DNA of 64,000 nt from Macrostomum hystrix (GCA_950097015.1 CATNEN010000001.1:19468001-19532000); one strand, 5' to 3'; positions 26,901-39,230 are shown, numbered from the stretch's first letter. The notes: generated by a model from the sequence alone, not told the origin. Program-made: numbers and translations.

Positions 26901-26986
26901 AAGCAACAGGACACGAAGCTAGCTTAGCAAGCGCGTTTCAGAGGGCCCAGGAACAACAGCGAGCATTGCCGATAGTCCAGATTTGA
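20950..26986 (+). CDS. Ankyrin-like solenoid fused to Mab-21/cGAS-like receptor (cGLR) nucleotidyltransferase, ~1504 aa, 3 exons
   Basis: Exons 20950-23636, 24078-24433, 25515-26986 total 4515 nt and stay open in frame with GT-AG introns. Canonical ANK repeats GMTALSRACASGHLRAVKTL and GLTCLQLAEQFGH. NTase motif SGSFAEG...DSDID, probable third Asp in QDVCHA. Mab-21 motifs RVSFSFQEK, LKTYHAKSLLF, CMPHFFMPE. Confidence 0.88.
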
Positions 26987-27625
26987 TCGTAAACCGAATT
27001 TAGAGGCCATGCAGTTGGTGTCAATCAGTCATTCACGTTTTCAGACTTGTAAGATTTTATACTTCCGTTCGAAAAATATTTGATGAATACCTATGTACCT
27101 GGATATGATTAAAACAGCAATGTCAACCATACTATGGAGATCTACTCTTAAAAACTGTTTGAAGTTTTTCATAATATAAATTTCCTAAAAATGTTTTTCG
27201 TTGCTTTTTTCCTCAATGAATTAAACTAAAGCCCGTGTCAATGTTTTTGTGATTTTTGCCATGTACTTCAGTAAGATACACACATTCCTTGTGCGTTCGC
27301 GTTTCCATTCCCAGCTTTGATTTGTGTGACTTTTTGACACTATGACACTCGTAAATTCCAAATTTTCTATATATTACTTTTCAAATACAATGGTAAACTA
27401 AGCTAGGTAATCTTGGTTCAATTTAATACGCTCGAAATTATAATTTTTACAAATATTTACAGATATTGTGAAGAAACCACGACGAAAAGTTATCAGACGG
27501 TGAATAAAATTTATATATACCAACTACCACCTGAAGAACGAGTGTATTTCTGGAAATCAAAAACCAGAACCAACTTCAGATCAGATGTCTACTTAAAAGA
27601 CAAGCCAATAATGATTATCTAGGCA

Positions 27626-29284
27626 TCAAGGGCAGTAGACAGACATGGCCTGCTGTAGTTCTCTATCAGTAAGCTGCTTTCGAGCGATGCCGAAGCACGC
27701 GATGTGCAGTCCAGGATCGCGCTCGAAATACGTATAAATATTACCAATTCTAAGTTCCTGAAGCTCGAAATTAAACGTGTCCATCGAATAGCCATCCCTA
27801 AAATACTTTCTATCTGGCTCCCCATCGATTGTAGAATTGCAAGCGCGATTTTTCATCGAAAGCCTGATGTCGCACCATGATGAACCAGAACAGCGGTTGC
27901 CAGAGAAGATACGGGAGTGGTGGTCATAGTAACTGTGGCTGGAGTTTCCTGGCGAATTGTGATACACTTCCAACAGCGCCTCCCCTACTCTCCTATTGTA
28001 AATTCCAGTGAAGAGGCTGTAATCGAAGGACTCATAAACCGAGCCAGAAATGTTGAAGTTTGCACTGCCAGCAAAAGAGATCAACGAATCATTCCTGTGG
28101 CGCAGGCGGAAGTACATGGCCCATTCCGTTGCATTCGAAATAGACTCGTTATAAGGCACAAGACCACCAACGCTGAAGTACTCACTGCGTTTATGGTTTG
28201 TCGCATTGTATTTGAAGACAGCACCATCTACAAAGTTCCTCTGAACTCCAAACTTGTCCTCAATCACATAGGTCCGCCGGTCCACAAGGTTGTCGAGGCT
28301 CCTCCTGAAGTCGAACGCTGCGACAAGACCATCCACTGGAGGAGAAGTCACACCTCCATACGTGTCGTTGGACGCCACCGACTTGCACACGAACCTGTGC
28401 CTGTTGTAGCACCTGTCAGTGCGCAGTCGACCGGCAGACAGGGTGACGCAGTTCACAGTCCAGTCCGCATTGTTCGGATGTCCAGCCTCCCACTGCGGGA
28501 TCGAGGCCAGCTTGCCAGAGAAGTCCGTCCACTGGTAGCACAGCTCGCGACCCGCACTGTCGGGGAAGCAGGGGTTCAGCTTGATGAGGCCGAGCCACAC
28601 CGAGTCGAGCGCTGGCGACTTCTCGCAACCGTCGATTCCGAAGGTGAACTCGTTGATGAAGCTCAGCTCAGAGTGGGTCAGCACCGACACGAGTTGTGAC
28701 GAGTTTCGCTGGCAGTAGAAATTCGCCTCGTTGAAGTTGGCTTCGAAGCGCGGCATCAAGTAGCAGTGGTCGTCTTTGAGCGACCAGCCGCTCGGACATC
28801 GGCGAGATGATTCATGGTGACTCGAGTTGGTGCTCGCTTTGCACACGAACGGGTGTCTCTCGTGATAGAGCGAGTTGAGCCACCACTCACCGTCACTGCG
28901 AATGAGAGGCTTGTGCACAGTGTCGAGCTGTGAGAAGTTGTGTCTCTCGAAGCTCAAAGTATCGCTGCCGTCCGTCCACTCGTAGGTTCTCGGGTCCGTG
29001 AGTCGGTTGAGGTCCGTGCCGAACTTTCCGATCCAGGCGTCTCTGCAGTTAGACAGTCTTCCGACCAGTCGGTTCTCCTGCTCAGATCCGACGGAGGCGA
29101 GGTGAGCTCCGTGAGACTGACACGTTTGCTCGGCCTCAAACCAGTACTGCGGGCGGCTGAACCACTTGTAGCACGACTGAGCTCGTTGAGTCCAGTTTTG
29201 TTTCGGACACTGAGCAGATGCAGCTGAGAGCAGCAGAGCTGCAGTGACTGCCAAGAGGCAGGTGGATAGAAGATTGGACGGCAT
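27626..29284 (-). CDS. Secreted C-type lectin, two CTL domains plus a beta-rich C-terminal domain, 552 aa, apparently intronless
   Basis: Signal peptide MPSNLLSTCLLAVTAALLLSAASA; CPxxW...CY, AEQTC...LASV, AWIG, VWLGL, FVCK motifs twice. Confidence 0.9.
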   Translation of the reverse strand: MPSNLLSTCLLAVTAALLLSAASAQCPKQNWTQRAQSCYKWFSRPQYWFEAEQTCQSHGAHLASVGSEQENRLVGRLSNCRDAWIGKFGTDLNRLTDPRTYEWTDGSDTLSFERHNFSQLDTVHKPLIRSDGEWWLNSLYHERHPFVCKASTNSSHHESSRRCPSGWSLKDDHCYLMPRFEANFNEANFYCQRNSSQLVSVLTHSELSFINEFTFGIDGCEKSPALDSVWLGLIKLNPCFPDSAGRELCYQWTDFSGKLASIPQWEAGHPNNADWTVNCVTLSAGRLRTDRCYNRHRFVCKSVASNDTYGGVTSPPVDGLVAAFDFRRSLDNLVDRRTYVIEDKFGVQRNFVDGAVFKYNATNHKRSEYFSVGGLVPYNESISNATEWAMYFRLRHRNDSLISFAGSANFNISGSVYESFDYSLFTGIYNRRVGEALLEVYHNSPGNSSHSYYDHHSRIFSGNRCSGSSWCDIRLSMKNRACNSTIDGEPDRKYFRDGYSMDTFNFELQELRIGNIYTYFERDPGLHIACFGIARKQLTDRELQQAMSVYCP

Positions 29285-29861
29285 TTGCAGCTGTTCTTGG
29301 CTTCGTTTCAAGGCCCTGAATATTTCGGACTGATATAGGGACTTCAGCGGAGCCCGTGGAGTCCCGACAGGTTGAGACGTTGGCTTTAGCGTGTGACAAT
29401 TGCAGAGGCGTTCGAGAGGATATTCTATAACTCATTATCAACAGGGCTACCGCGTGTAAGTGAGTCAGATATGTCGGTCGACTGCAGGCTTGCGACTACT
29501 GTAACGGTAGCCCTGTGCTTAGTTTTTTCTTCCCCAAAAAACTTCGCTTAAGCTCTTATCGGCTGGAATTCGTGACTTTGAGAATTTTTGCTCAGTTTTT
29601 TTAGTTGTGGGGGGCGTCATTACTACAGGGGAGCGCCACAGCCACATTGAGGCGCCACTACGAAAGGACCCCACTACCAGGGGCGCCACAACGAGAGGGT
29701 CCCACTACCAGGGTCGCCACTACTCGTAATAGGCGCCACATAGTTTCGTCAGCAGATAAGAGGGGCCGCGGCCCCCTTGCCCCCCACCCAGGCTACGCCC
29801 CGATACGTACAGGCTGAATATGGCATATTTTATTGTAATTTTTGGTGAGAGCGACATGTCC

Positions 29862-30008
29862 ACTCTGCCTTGAGCCAGTACTGCGGCCGGCTGAGCACGA
29901 TTGAGCTCGGTGAGTCCAGTTTTGTTGCGGACACTGAGCAGAGGCAGCGGAGAGCATCAGAGCTACAGTGACTGCCAAGAGTTAGGCAGTGGAAGAAATC
30001 AAGTGCAT
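29862..30008 (-). pseudogene. Partial duplicate of the lectin 5' end
   Basis: LAVTVALMLSAASAQCPQQNWTHRAQSC closely matches the lectin N-terminus; in-frame stop, deletion and truncation. Confidence 0.8.
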
Positions 30009-30424
30009 GTTCGGTTTTGTTATTTTTATGGAATCCTAACGTGTGTAAATTTGGTTTCTCGGACGTTCTCGGACGTTCTGACTCAGGGGCTAGCAGATCT
30101 TAAAGGCATTCTGTTCTTCTGCATGGCGAGCTCGAAGACTTCAAAAAGTCTTGCGTATCTTTTTCGCGGTTTAACCGACACTGCCTTGTGGTAGTTAGAT
30201 ATCGCAACTTCCTTTCCTTTATTTATTTTTGTTTTTGAACTTTGGGTGGCTCAGAAAGTGGCTTAAAATGCGACAGACAATGGTTAGGTAACGCACGGCT
30301 TTTGAGCTTTTGAGCACGGCTTTGCGCACTCGTGTCTCTGCTCGTTGGTGCACGAGAAAGCCGTGCGTTAACAGCATTATCCAATGAGAGGCCGTTTCCG
30401 CATCGATCCGTCCTTACTCTTTCG

Positions 30425-32384
30425 ACCATAGACAAGTGCGTTGGCGCACGCCCATGTTTTTGGGCGGTCAGGCTGGCTTAAGGCGCAAGCCCCAACGCAG
30501 TTGAGTAGATAAGATTTCGACATGATCAAACTAATGCACTGCCGAATGAGTGCATATCTGGCTTGACCATGGACGAGATTCGACTCCAGAGGGAGCTCTT
30601 CCAGCTGAACGACGTGGTGGAGAAGGAAATGTATGAAGATTTTGAATGTCCCACCCTGGACGAACTCTGTGCGTTACTGCCAGACGACTCTACCGCGGAT
30701 TTGGAGGCAATTGCAGCGCAGCAATACGAGGATACGATGGTCGTGTCCACCGAGAGACAAGAGATCGCTGCAGTCGAACGATTCAAGCAGTTCCTGACGA
30801 CAAACGCATTTTTGCCTTTCGACATCGATTTGTGCAGTGAGGATGAACTGGCCTGCAAGCTGCGACTGTTTTACGCCACACTAAGAAAGGAAGACGGTTC
30901 TCTGTACGCTCCGACATCTCTGATTTGTGCGAGAGCTGGACTTTTCCGCTAATTTCGGAGGGTTAGGTCTCTGAACATAATCGAGAATGACAAGTTCCAC
31001 GCAGCCAATCTGGCTTTGAAGGCGGTGGCGCGAATGTTTCTAAAGGCTGGTGGACGGATCAACCATTACGAGGCCATCAGTGAGGAAGATGAGGGCAGGT
31101 TGGCGCGGTACTTTGACCGTGCGTCGCCGACGACCCTGTTGCACGAGGTATACTTTGTCCTCATCTACTTTTTCGGCCAGCGTGGGAGAGAATGGTTCCG
31201 TGGATTGGATTCGGACAGTCTGGTGATCGAGGACAATGCCGACTGTGGCACTCTAGTCCGGCTTCGCACAGGGTTGCAGAAGAATCTGGGACGGGAACTC
31301 AATGCCGGAGCCATGAGTGACAACAGAGAGGCGGTGATCAAGGCCACTGGGACGACGCAATGTCCAGTGCAGGCACTGCGGCTTTACCTCGAGAAGCGAC
31401 GGGAGGCTCTGGGTGACGCTGAGACGGAAGGATCTCCGCTGCTTCTGACACCGAAGAAGTCCTCTGCAGCTGGGGGCCCATGGTACACGAAACAGCCAGT
31501 CGGGGTGAATACCGTTGGCGGAATGATGAAGACTATCTTAACGAAAGCTGCCCTGTCAAAGATCTACACGCCGCACAATATTCGGCCAACTGTGATTGCG
31601 GACCTTCACCAGGCAGGATTCAGGCTGGAGCAAATTTGCAAAATTACTGGCCACAAGGAGGCAAAGACTGTGCAACGGTGAGTACCCATATATGACGGGC
31701 TTTGCACTAACAAAGTGAACATGTCAACGTCATGAGTAACTACTTTCAATCGCACTTTAGGTACCTCACGCATGGGAAGCGGAAGGCAACGGACATGGGG
31801 AAGATGTCAGACGCTCTATCCGGATCGCTGTACGGGCGTCAACAGACGGGCGTGGTAGCAATTCCAGGGCCGCCGCCGCAGAGATCAGCTGAGTCATCTG
31901 ACAGTTCCAGGGGTCACCGGCGCATCGACGCCGCATGCGCAGCAGTCCACGCTTCAGCTTCCCTCCAGTCAGGTGGTGCAGCAAGTTTGTGTGACAAGTT
32001 CGACCCCTGGCAACGCTGGAGCTCCAGCGCTGTCATTCCACTTTGGTGGACATTTTGAGAACTGCACATTCAACCTTAAGTGAGCTGCCTGAGTTCTAAT
32101 AAGAGCACGAGTAAGTGACATTTCTACTTGACAATGCCACACACGGTCATCTGGAGTATGCCGTGCAAACTGCTATGAAAATGTTGTCGCCGTTAATATT
32201 TCGTAAACACCAACAACAATCCCCTTGTTGTACCGTTAATTCTTACTACGTTTTGAGCTCAAATAAATGCACTCTAAGTTTGCGTGCTGATAACGGTCAT
32301 TGTCACATTCTTTCTCTTATTATTTCTTCTTGTGGCTTCGCCACTCGTGACTTTGAGCATTATCAAAGCCTAAAACCATAGACA
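30425..32384 (+). mobile_element. Crypton-type tyrosine-recombinase DNA transposon
   Basis: YR gene flanked by the 10-bp direct repeat ACCATAGACA at 30425-30434 and 32375-32384; no RT; boundaries inferred. Confidence 0.7.
30569..32083 (+). pseudogene. Crypton/DUF3504-type tyrosine recombinase, disabled
   Basis: LRLFYATLRKEDGSLY, FGQRGRE, CPV, WYTKQPVGVNT, HNIR, TGHK, and the catalytic Y after an intron at 31678-31760. C-terminal FENCTFN. In-frame TAA at 30950 and a late frameshift. Confidence 0.85.
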
Positions 32385-33230
32385 CAACTAACCATTGACG
32401 CACGCATTTTAGGCCGTTGATGCACGCTGTCTATGGTAAAATCTAGCATTGACGTGGCACGCTGAGACTGCCTATCGTTTGATAATGGTCGTAGACCCAC
32501 CAGCTCTGCATGCACGCAATGAGTGTAAGCTGAATAACCCTAAGTCATGTCACGTTAACTGACCAACAACGTTAAGGGCCAGTGCCAACAACAGCGGTCT
32601 ATTTATTAGGCACAGAATTGTCTATGGAAGTACTTATGCCTCGGTGGTGAGTAAACACTGCTAAAGAGAGAGAGACAGCACACGAGGGATAGGAAGAAAG
32701 ATATCATAGAATATAACGAGGTCTAAAACATAAAAGTGCAACCGCAAATCAAACTGACAGACAAATATTGTTTGCAATAACAAGCAATTTCATTTAGCAA
32801 TTACAGTACCCCAAACATAAGTCAAAGCAGCAGCAAGTCGCAAATCTCAACACGGCAGTTACTAAACTTAATAACAAACAGGTTTACGTGGGCGCAAATC
32901 ATAAGAATCATTTCGGTCTTCAGTAGGAACTCTTGGACTCTGCACTGAGCTGTTTGCAGAAGCACCGGGTCCCGGCTGCTCCATGTCAGCGCCCGCGCCG
33001 GCGCCAGTGACGGCCCGGCTGCCTTGGTCCTCAGGTCCGGCCGCCTCGGTTGGTCTCCGCTCAGCGTCGGTCTCCGGCCTGCTGCTCCACTGGTTCACGT
33101 GGGCCATCCGCAGTCCTCCGTCAGGCAGGTCGGCCGCAGCCACCAGCGCGGTGTTCTGACCATGTTGGAAAACAAACTTGGCCGGAATTGGAGCGGTGCC
33201 GGGTCGATCGATTCCGCAGCCAGATGGAGT

Positions 33231-34040
33231 TGTTGTTGTTGTTGGCGTACGGATCCCTCGCTAGGCATATGGGGGGCGCGCCAGCGCGCCCGTCGCCTCG
33301 ACGAAGATCCGCACCTGATTCGGGTCCTCCCACAGGAGGGACATTGAGCCAGCAGAATGGAGGAGGTTGCGGCGTTGATCGGCCCACCTGGGGCATTCAA
33401 GCAGGAAGTGCCGCGTGTCCTCCTCGGGAGCGTTGCAGTGAGGGCAAGACGCAGCGGGTACCTTGCCCCAGCGGTGTAGAGTGGCTTGTAGGAAAGGCGC
33501 GCAGTTCGCCCTGAGTTGGAACAGCGCCACCTCCGCCGCACGAGGCCAGGCACGGCCGACCTGCAGCCTTTTGCCGCCGCTGAGTCGGTGTGGGTGGTCC
33601 AGAGGGACTAGGTCTTTGTAGGCTCGGTCATCTTCCGCTTGACCTTGCCGCTTGAGAGCAGCTCTGAGCGCCGCGACCGGTGTTGGCATGTTCTCTTGCG
33701 GGAGCGAGCAGCCCCCGCGAGCCAGAATGTCGGCTTCCTCATTGAGCGCCAGCCCGGCGTGGCCCGGTACCCAGATTACAGTCGGCCGGTGGTCCGTGGC
33801 GAGCTGCTCCAGCAGAATGGACGCCTGTGCAGTTGCGTGGTCTGTCTGGCATTTACGCTTTGACTGGAGCCGGTCGAAGAGCGCTTGGTAGTCGAACAGC
33901 AGCCAGACGGCCATGCTGGGGCGTCCGTGGAGATTGGCCAGGGCCGCCTCGAGACCAGCTGCGGCCGCAGCGGCCTCCGCGGTCGTTGAGCAGGTTAGGT
34001 GCCCCGGTGGGACACTGCCTCTGATGTCCCACCGGATGCC
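33231..34040 (-). mobile_element. 5'-truncated non-LTR retrotransposon (RNase H + CCHC, I-group-like) inserted in the Gypsy integrase
   Basis: WVPGHAGLALNEEADILA, CPHC...HFLLEC, (CAA)n tail, 12-bp TSD GCCAGATGGAGT at 33219-30 and 34041-52. Confidence 0.9.
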
Positions 34041-37000
34041 GCCAGATGGAGTCGCCCACCTGCTCGGTCATGGTCAGCGGATGGCGGAGGCGGCGGCCCC
34101 ACATGAGCTGGTCCGGAGAGTCCGAGCGGTTCCCGCTGGGCCTGCTGATGCGAATAGTCAGGAGAAGCTTTTGCAGAAATTGGTCGGATGGCACCACCTT
34201 GGTCCACGTCTTCAACCCGCCTTTCAGACTTCTCACCAGCCGCTCAGCCTGTCCGTTAGACTGCGGATGATAGGGCGGGGTGTGTACCTCCTGGCACCCG
34301 ACGCTGCTCAACCACTGCGACACTCTCTTCGACTTGAACTCCGGAGCATTGTGCGACACCAGCGTCCGCGGCACTCCGTTCCGGGCGAACACCGCCCTCA
34401 GCACCCGCAGCACCGAACCCGCAGACCTGTCAGGAACCTGAATCGCTTCCGGCCAGCCCGAGTACGCATCAGAAATCAGCAGCAGCAGACCCACCCCGGG
34501 CACCTCGCAGTGGTCCATGTGCACTCGGGACCACGGTTCACTCTCTGGTGGCCAACAGTCAATCTTCCTCTGAACAACTGGTCGCCTCTCTGAGCACAGC
34601 TGGCACCGCTCAACAAACTGACGCACCTCGCGGTCCAATCTAGGCCACCAGAACTCCCTTGATACATGCACCTTGGTGTTCTCCGCACTCGGGTGCACCT
34701 CGTCGTGCGTGACCTCCAGGATGCGCCTGCGGAGGATTTTTGGCGGGACCACCCTGGTGCCATGAATGACCAGTCCGTTCTCCACCGACAGCGCTTCTCG
34801 ACAGGCTTTGTACGGCCGCTCCACCTGCGATACCTGGCCCCAGTGGCCTGTCCGGATTCTCTGCTGGAGTCTCTTCAGCAGCGAGCACTGCGCAGTCGCC
34901 TCCCTGAGCTCTTCCACCGTAACCAGTCCTCCATTGGCAGCTAGCTCAACTCGGTGCACCGACTCGCCTGCACAGTCTTGCTGCTCAAAACTGAGTCTCG
35001 ACAGAGCGTCAGCGTCCTGCATCCTCCTTCCCGGCACGTATTCGATGTCGTAGTCATACGCCGACAACCGAAGTGCCCACCGAGTCAGTCTGGCAGACAC
35101 AGTCTTAAGCAGATTTTTGCTCGGGTTCAGGATGTACCTTAGGGGTTCGTGGTCGGTTTGGATAGTGAACTTCTTCCCCAGCAACATCTTCCTGGCTCGC
35201 TCCACGGCCCACACGATCGCCAGCGCTTCCCTTTCGATGTTGGAATAATTAGTCTCCGCCGGCGTGAGCGCTCTGGACAGGTACATCACCGGATGTCCCG
35301 ACTGGACCAGCACCCCGCCGAGGCATCTCTCGCTGGCATCCACTTGAAGGCAGACAGGCAAGCGGACGTCAAACGGCTTGATGCACGGGTTGGAGGCCAG
35401 GCTTCTCTTGACCTCAAAAAACGCAGTCTCAGCTGCGGCGCTCCACTCGAAAACTCGGTCAGCACGACGAAGTTCTTTAAGGGGCCGACATTTCTCAGAA
35501 AAGTTCGGAACGAGCCGTCCATAAAACTGAGCCAGTCCCAAGAATCGCTCCAAGTCTTTCTTGCTTTTCGGTGTCTCAACATCCATCACCCGCTTCACCA
35601 TGCCTGGGTCAGGCTTGATTCCCTCCGCGTCCATCATGTGGCCGAGGAACTTCAAACTACTCGCCTCCATGACGCACTTCGCCTCGTGGATCTTCACATT
35701 CGCGGCCTTCAGCTTCGCCAGCACCTGCTCCCTGATGCTCTGCAGCTAAGCCTGAGTCACTGCACCAATCAGCACATCATCCTGATAGACAATGACGCAA
35801 GGGTGATCCCCCAGGAGCTTCTCCATCTCTCGTTGAAAAACTGACGGGGACACCTTGATACCGTACGGCAGCCTGTTGAACCGGTAGCAGCCGAACGGAG
35901 TGTTGATGGGTGTCACGGCTTTCCACTCCTCATTCAGCGGGACCTGGTAGTACGCATCCGAGAGATCCAGCTTACTGAAAAGCTTTTTGTTGGCCAACTT
36001 GCAGAAAGCTGTCTCTATGGACGGCGTGAGATAGGTCTGGTCCTGCACCCACTGATTGACTGCTGTGTAGTCTCCACAGATCCTCACGGATGCTCGGTCC
36101 GACTTGACCGTCACCACAATCGGGCTGCCCCACTCCGACGACGTCACCCTCTCTACAATGCCTGCACTCTCCATCAGGTCCAGCTCCTTCTTAACCAAGT
36201 GCTTTAGCGCTAGCGGCAGCTCCCTGGCGGGCTGGAAAATCGGCCTGGCTCCCGCGCGCAGCCGGATTTCTCCCGTGGCTCCACAGATCCCCAGCAAGCT
36301 CTCATACCTGTTGCTGGCTGCGGACGCAGCTGAGCTGGCATGGTGCACTGGAGTGGGTCCCAGCAGGTCCCGTCCGAGCAGGCCGAACTCCTGCAGGCAG
36401 TCGATGACGGGCAGCTCCGCCGCCTTGAACTGGCCCTTCTTGCCACTGGTCTCCACCAGGCACTCCAGCACGCCCAGCTGCCGCATCACGTGACCGTCGT
36501 AGGCCAGCATGCGCGACTTCGCCGACTTCAGCGGGGGCCGGCCGAGCTCATCCCAGATTCTTCGGGAGACCAGCGAGCAGGAGGCGCCGCTGTCCTTCTC
36601 CATCTGCACGTCCCGGTGGTTGATCCTCACCGTGCAGTACTCGGCTGGCCGCCCTTCTCCGCAGTAGAACACGGGCTCGTCGCTATTTTCAATTGGCGTG
36701 CTGCTCTCTGATCCACTCGGCTCCGCGAAGTGAGCCCTGGCGCTTCGGCACACGCGAGAGAAATGACCCTGCTTTCCGCACTTGTGGCAATTGGCATATG
36801 TAGGGCACGGCAGTCGGCAGGCCTCCTGTGTGCTGGCATGCCACTGCGCTGGCAGCTCTTGGACCCGAAGCTCGGCGGTCTCTGCTTCTCTACTGCGTTC
36901 ACGCTGGCTGAGCTCTCAGAGTTGCCAGGTTTCGCATCCGCAGCTGGTCCGATGGGCAGCGGGGTGGCCTGGTGCACCGCGGAGTCCGCTGGCGCCGAGG

Positions 37001-37764
37001 CCGCAGCAGTCAAGGAAAATGTGCAGACCATCTGCAGCTGCTGCACGTAGTCGGTGATCTGATCAACCGCCAGCTCCTGGGTCACCTCACGCTCCAGCAC
37101 CTTGTTCCTGACTTGCTGGTTGGCGAGGCCCGCGATCAGTCGCATCTTGATGAGCTGTTCGGCCGGATCCGCATCCTTACCCTTCAGCTGGTCAAACTCG
37201 CAGACGACGGCTTGCTCCCTCAGGCGGGCAGCGAAGCTGGTGACAGACTCGCCGTCGGCCTGGCGCATCGACATGAACAACGTCCTCTCGGCAATCTGCA
37301 GCTTCTTCTTGGGCTCCAGGAAGAGCAGCAATTTCGCTTTTATATCCGCCCACTTCATCTGTGGGAGGATTTTCGGAGCCACCCACAGACTTTGTTTGAC
37401 TTTGATGAGCTCCGCCACGCCCAGACTGCCGAGGAACGCATCGGTCAGCGCCAGATTGCCGTCTTCGTCTTTGACTCCCTTCGACCTAGCCTGGGCGTCA
37501 AACACTGTTCAATGCTGTTTAGAGGCACTGCCTCTCTCAGTTTGATGCTCATTTTGCAATCCTGCTTGCAACGCCAAATTGTAAGCTGAATAACCCTAAG
37601 ACATGTCACGTTAACTGACCAACAACGTTAAGGGCCAGTGCCAACAACAGCGGTCTATTTTTTAGGCACAGACTTGTCTATGGAAGTACTTATGCCTCGG
37701 TGGTGAGTAAACACTGCTAAAGAGAGAGAGACAGCACACGAGGGATAGGAAGAAAGATATCATA

Positions 37765-39106
37765 CTACGGGTGTGTCATAAGTAATGTCACTGTGGTTGT
37801 TGTGCGGGAACCCAAAGCAATAATCATCCAAATATATTATATTCTGAAAGTACATTTATTGAGAAGTTGCCACCACACCTGAGCAGCAATTTTAATGTCT
37901 ATGGCCAAAACTGTTGCAAGAATTTGTTAATCAGATTTAGCAAGCGCAACGCGATGAAATCTTCTTTTTGCAACGAGCAAAACTCAACATCAATCACGAC
38001 AAGACGCACATCCAGTTCTACGCTTTCATTCGCTTCAAGCTTGGAAAATCTGCACTTGAAGTAGAGGAGGATCTCCGGAACACACTGCCAGACAACTGCA
38101 CAACTCGCAGGACAATTTACAGGTGGTTTCAGAACTTTACTGATCCTGGGTTCGAATTGGGAGATGCCGCCAGATCTGGACGACCATGTTCAACCAGGAC
38201 AATAGAGAACATCGAAGTCATCAGCGACCTGGTCAAGGAAGACCCGCGGCAGTCTGTCAGGGAGCTAGCGGACTGCTTAGAGATTGATTTCAAGACAGTC
38301 CATCGCATCTTGACAGAGGATCTCCATCTCCGAAACGTCTGCTCGGTCTGGGTGCCCCATGACCTCACTGCGGACCAACGTCAGGCCCGTGTGAACTGCG
38401 CCAATCAGATCCGCAAGGTGTTCAGCAGCCGGGGCTTGGATGACATCCTAAACTGCCTGGTTGTTGAGGATGAGACTTGGCTCCACCTGGATGGCAAAAG
38501 CAGCAAGGCAGACAATCGCTGCTGGCTGGGAGCTGGGGACTCCAAGTTGACTGTGACGAGGAGGTCCATCTCAGACCATGCTGCTGGTGGCATTCACGCC
38601 AAACAAACGAGTCTCCATCTGTACAACTCCGCCAAACACCAAGGTCGATGGCCAGTACTTCATCGACTTTGTCCGACACACTGGGAACCTCTGGCGCACG
38701 CTCCGGTCAAACCCGATTCACCTGAACAAAGTTCTGTGGCAGATGGACAACGCACGGCCCCACACCTGTCAGGCTGTTTCGGATTTTCTGGCTGGACGGC
38801 GAGTAAATCTGCTCTGGCAGAGTCCCTACAGCCCAGACTTCAACTTGTGCGACAGGTTTCTCTTTAAATGGCTGAAGGCAGACTTTTCCCAGAGAAGTTT
38901 CGCAAACCATGATGAGGTCAAAGAAGCCGCGTTGCACTGGTTCCGACAGCTGGAGGAAAAACACCTGCAGGCTGAGGTAGAGAAGCTGTACGAGCACTGC
39001 CAGAGGGTGATTGATATTGGGGGACACTATGTTGTTGATTGATACAGTTTCGTTCATCTGCGATTGTTAGTTGGTCTGTTTTACCCTCAGTGACATTACT
39101 TATGAC
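37765..39106 (+). mobile_element. Mariner (DD34D) transposon inserted at TA in the Gypsy 5' LTR
   Basis: TIR core GTCATAAGTAATGTCACTG at both ends. Transposase RSGRP, WVPHDL, DETW, DNARPH, YSPDFNLCD, with a frameshift near 38575. Confidence 0.92.
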
Positions 39107-39230
39107 TGAGGGTAAATGTAACGAGTAGAGGAGAGTAGAATGTAACGAGGTCTAAAACATAAAAGTGCAACCGCAAATCCAACAATGAGATTAGCAAACT
39201 TTTTGAACTTTGGGTGGCTCAGAAAGTGGC

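Larger units (their letters stand above)
32524..39184 (-). mobile_element. Gypsy (Mag-like) LTR retrotransposon, full-length, degenerate
   Basis: LTRs 32524-32755 and 37580-39184 (the latter interrupted by a mariner). TSD ATGAG at 32519-23 and 39185-89. PBS TGGCGTTGC. Gag, PR (DSGAS), RT (YQDD), RH and IN present with stops and frameshifts. Confidence 0.93.
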
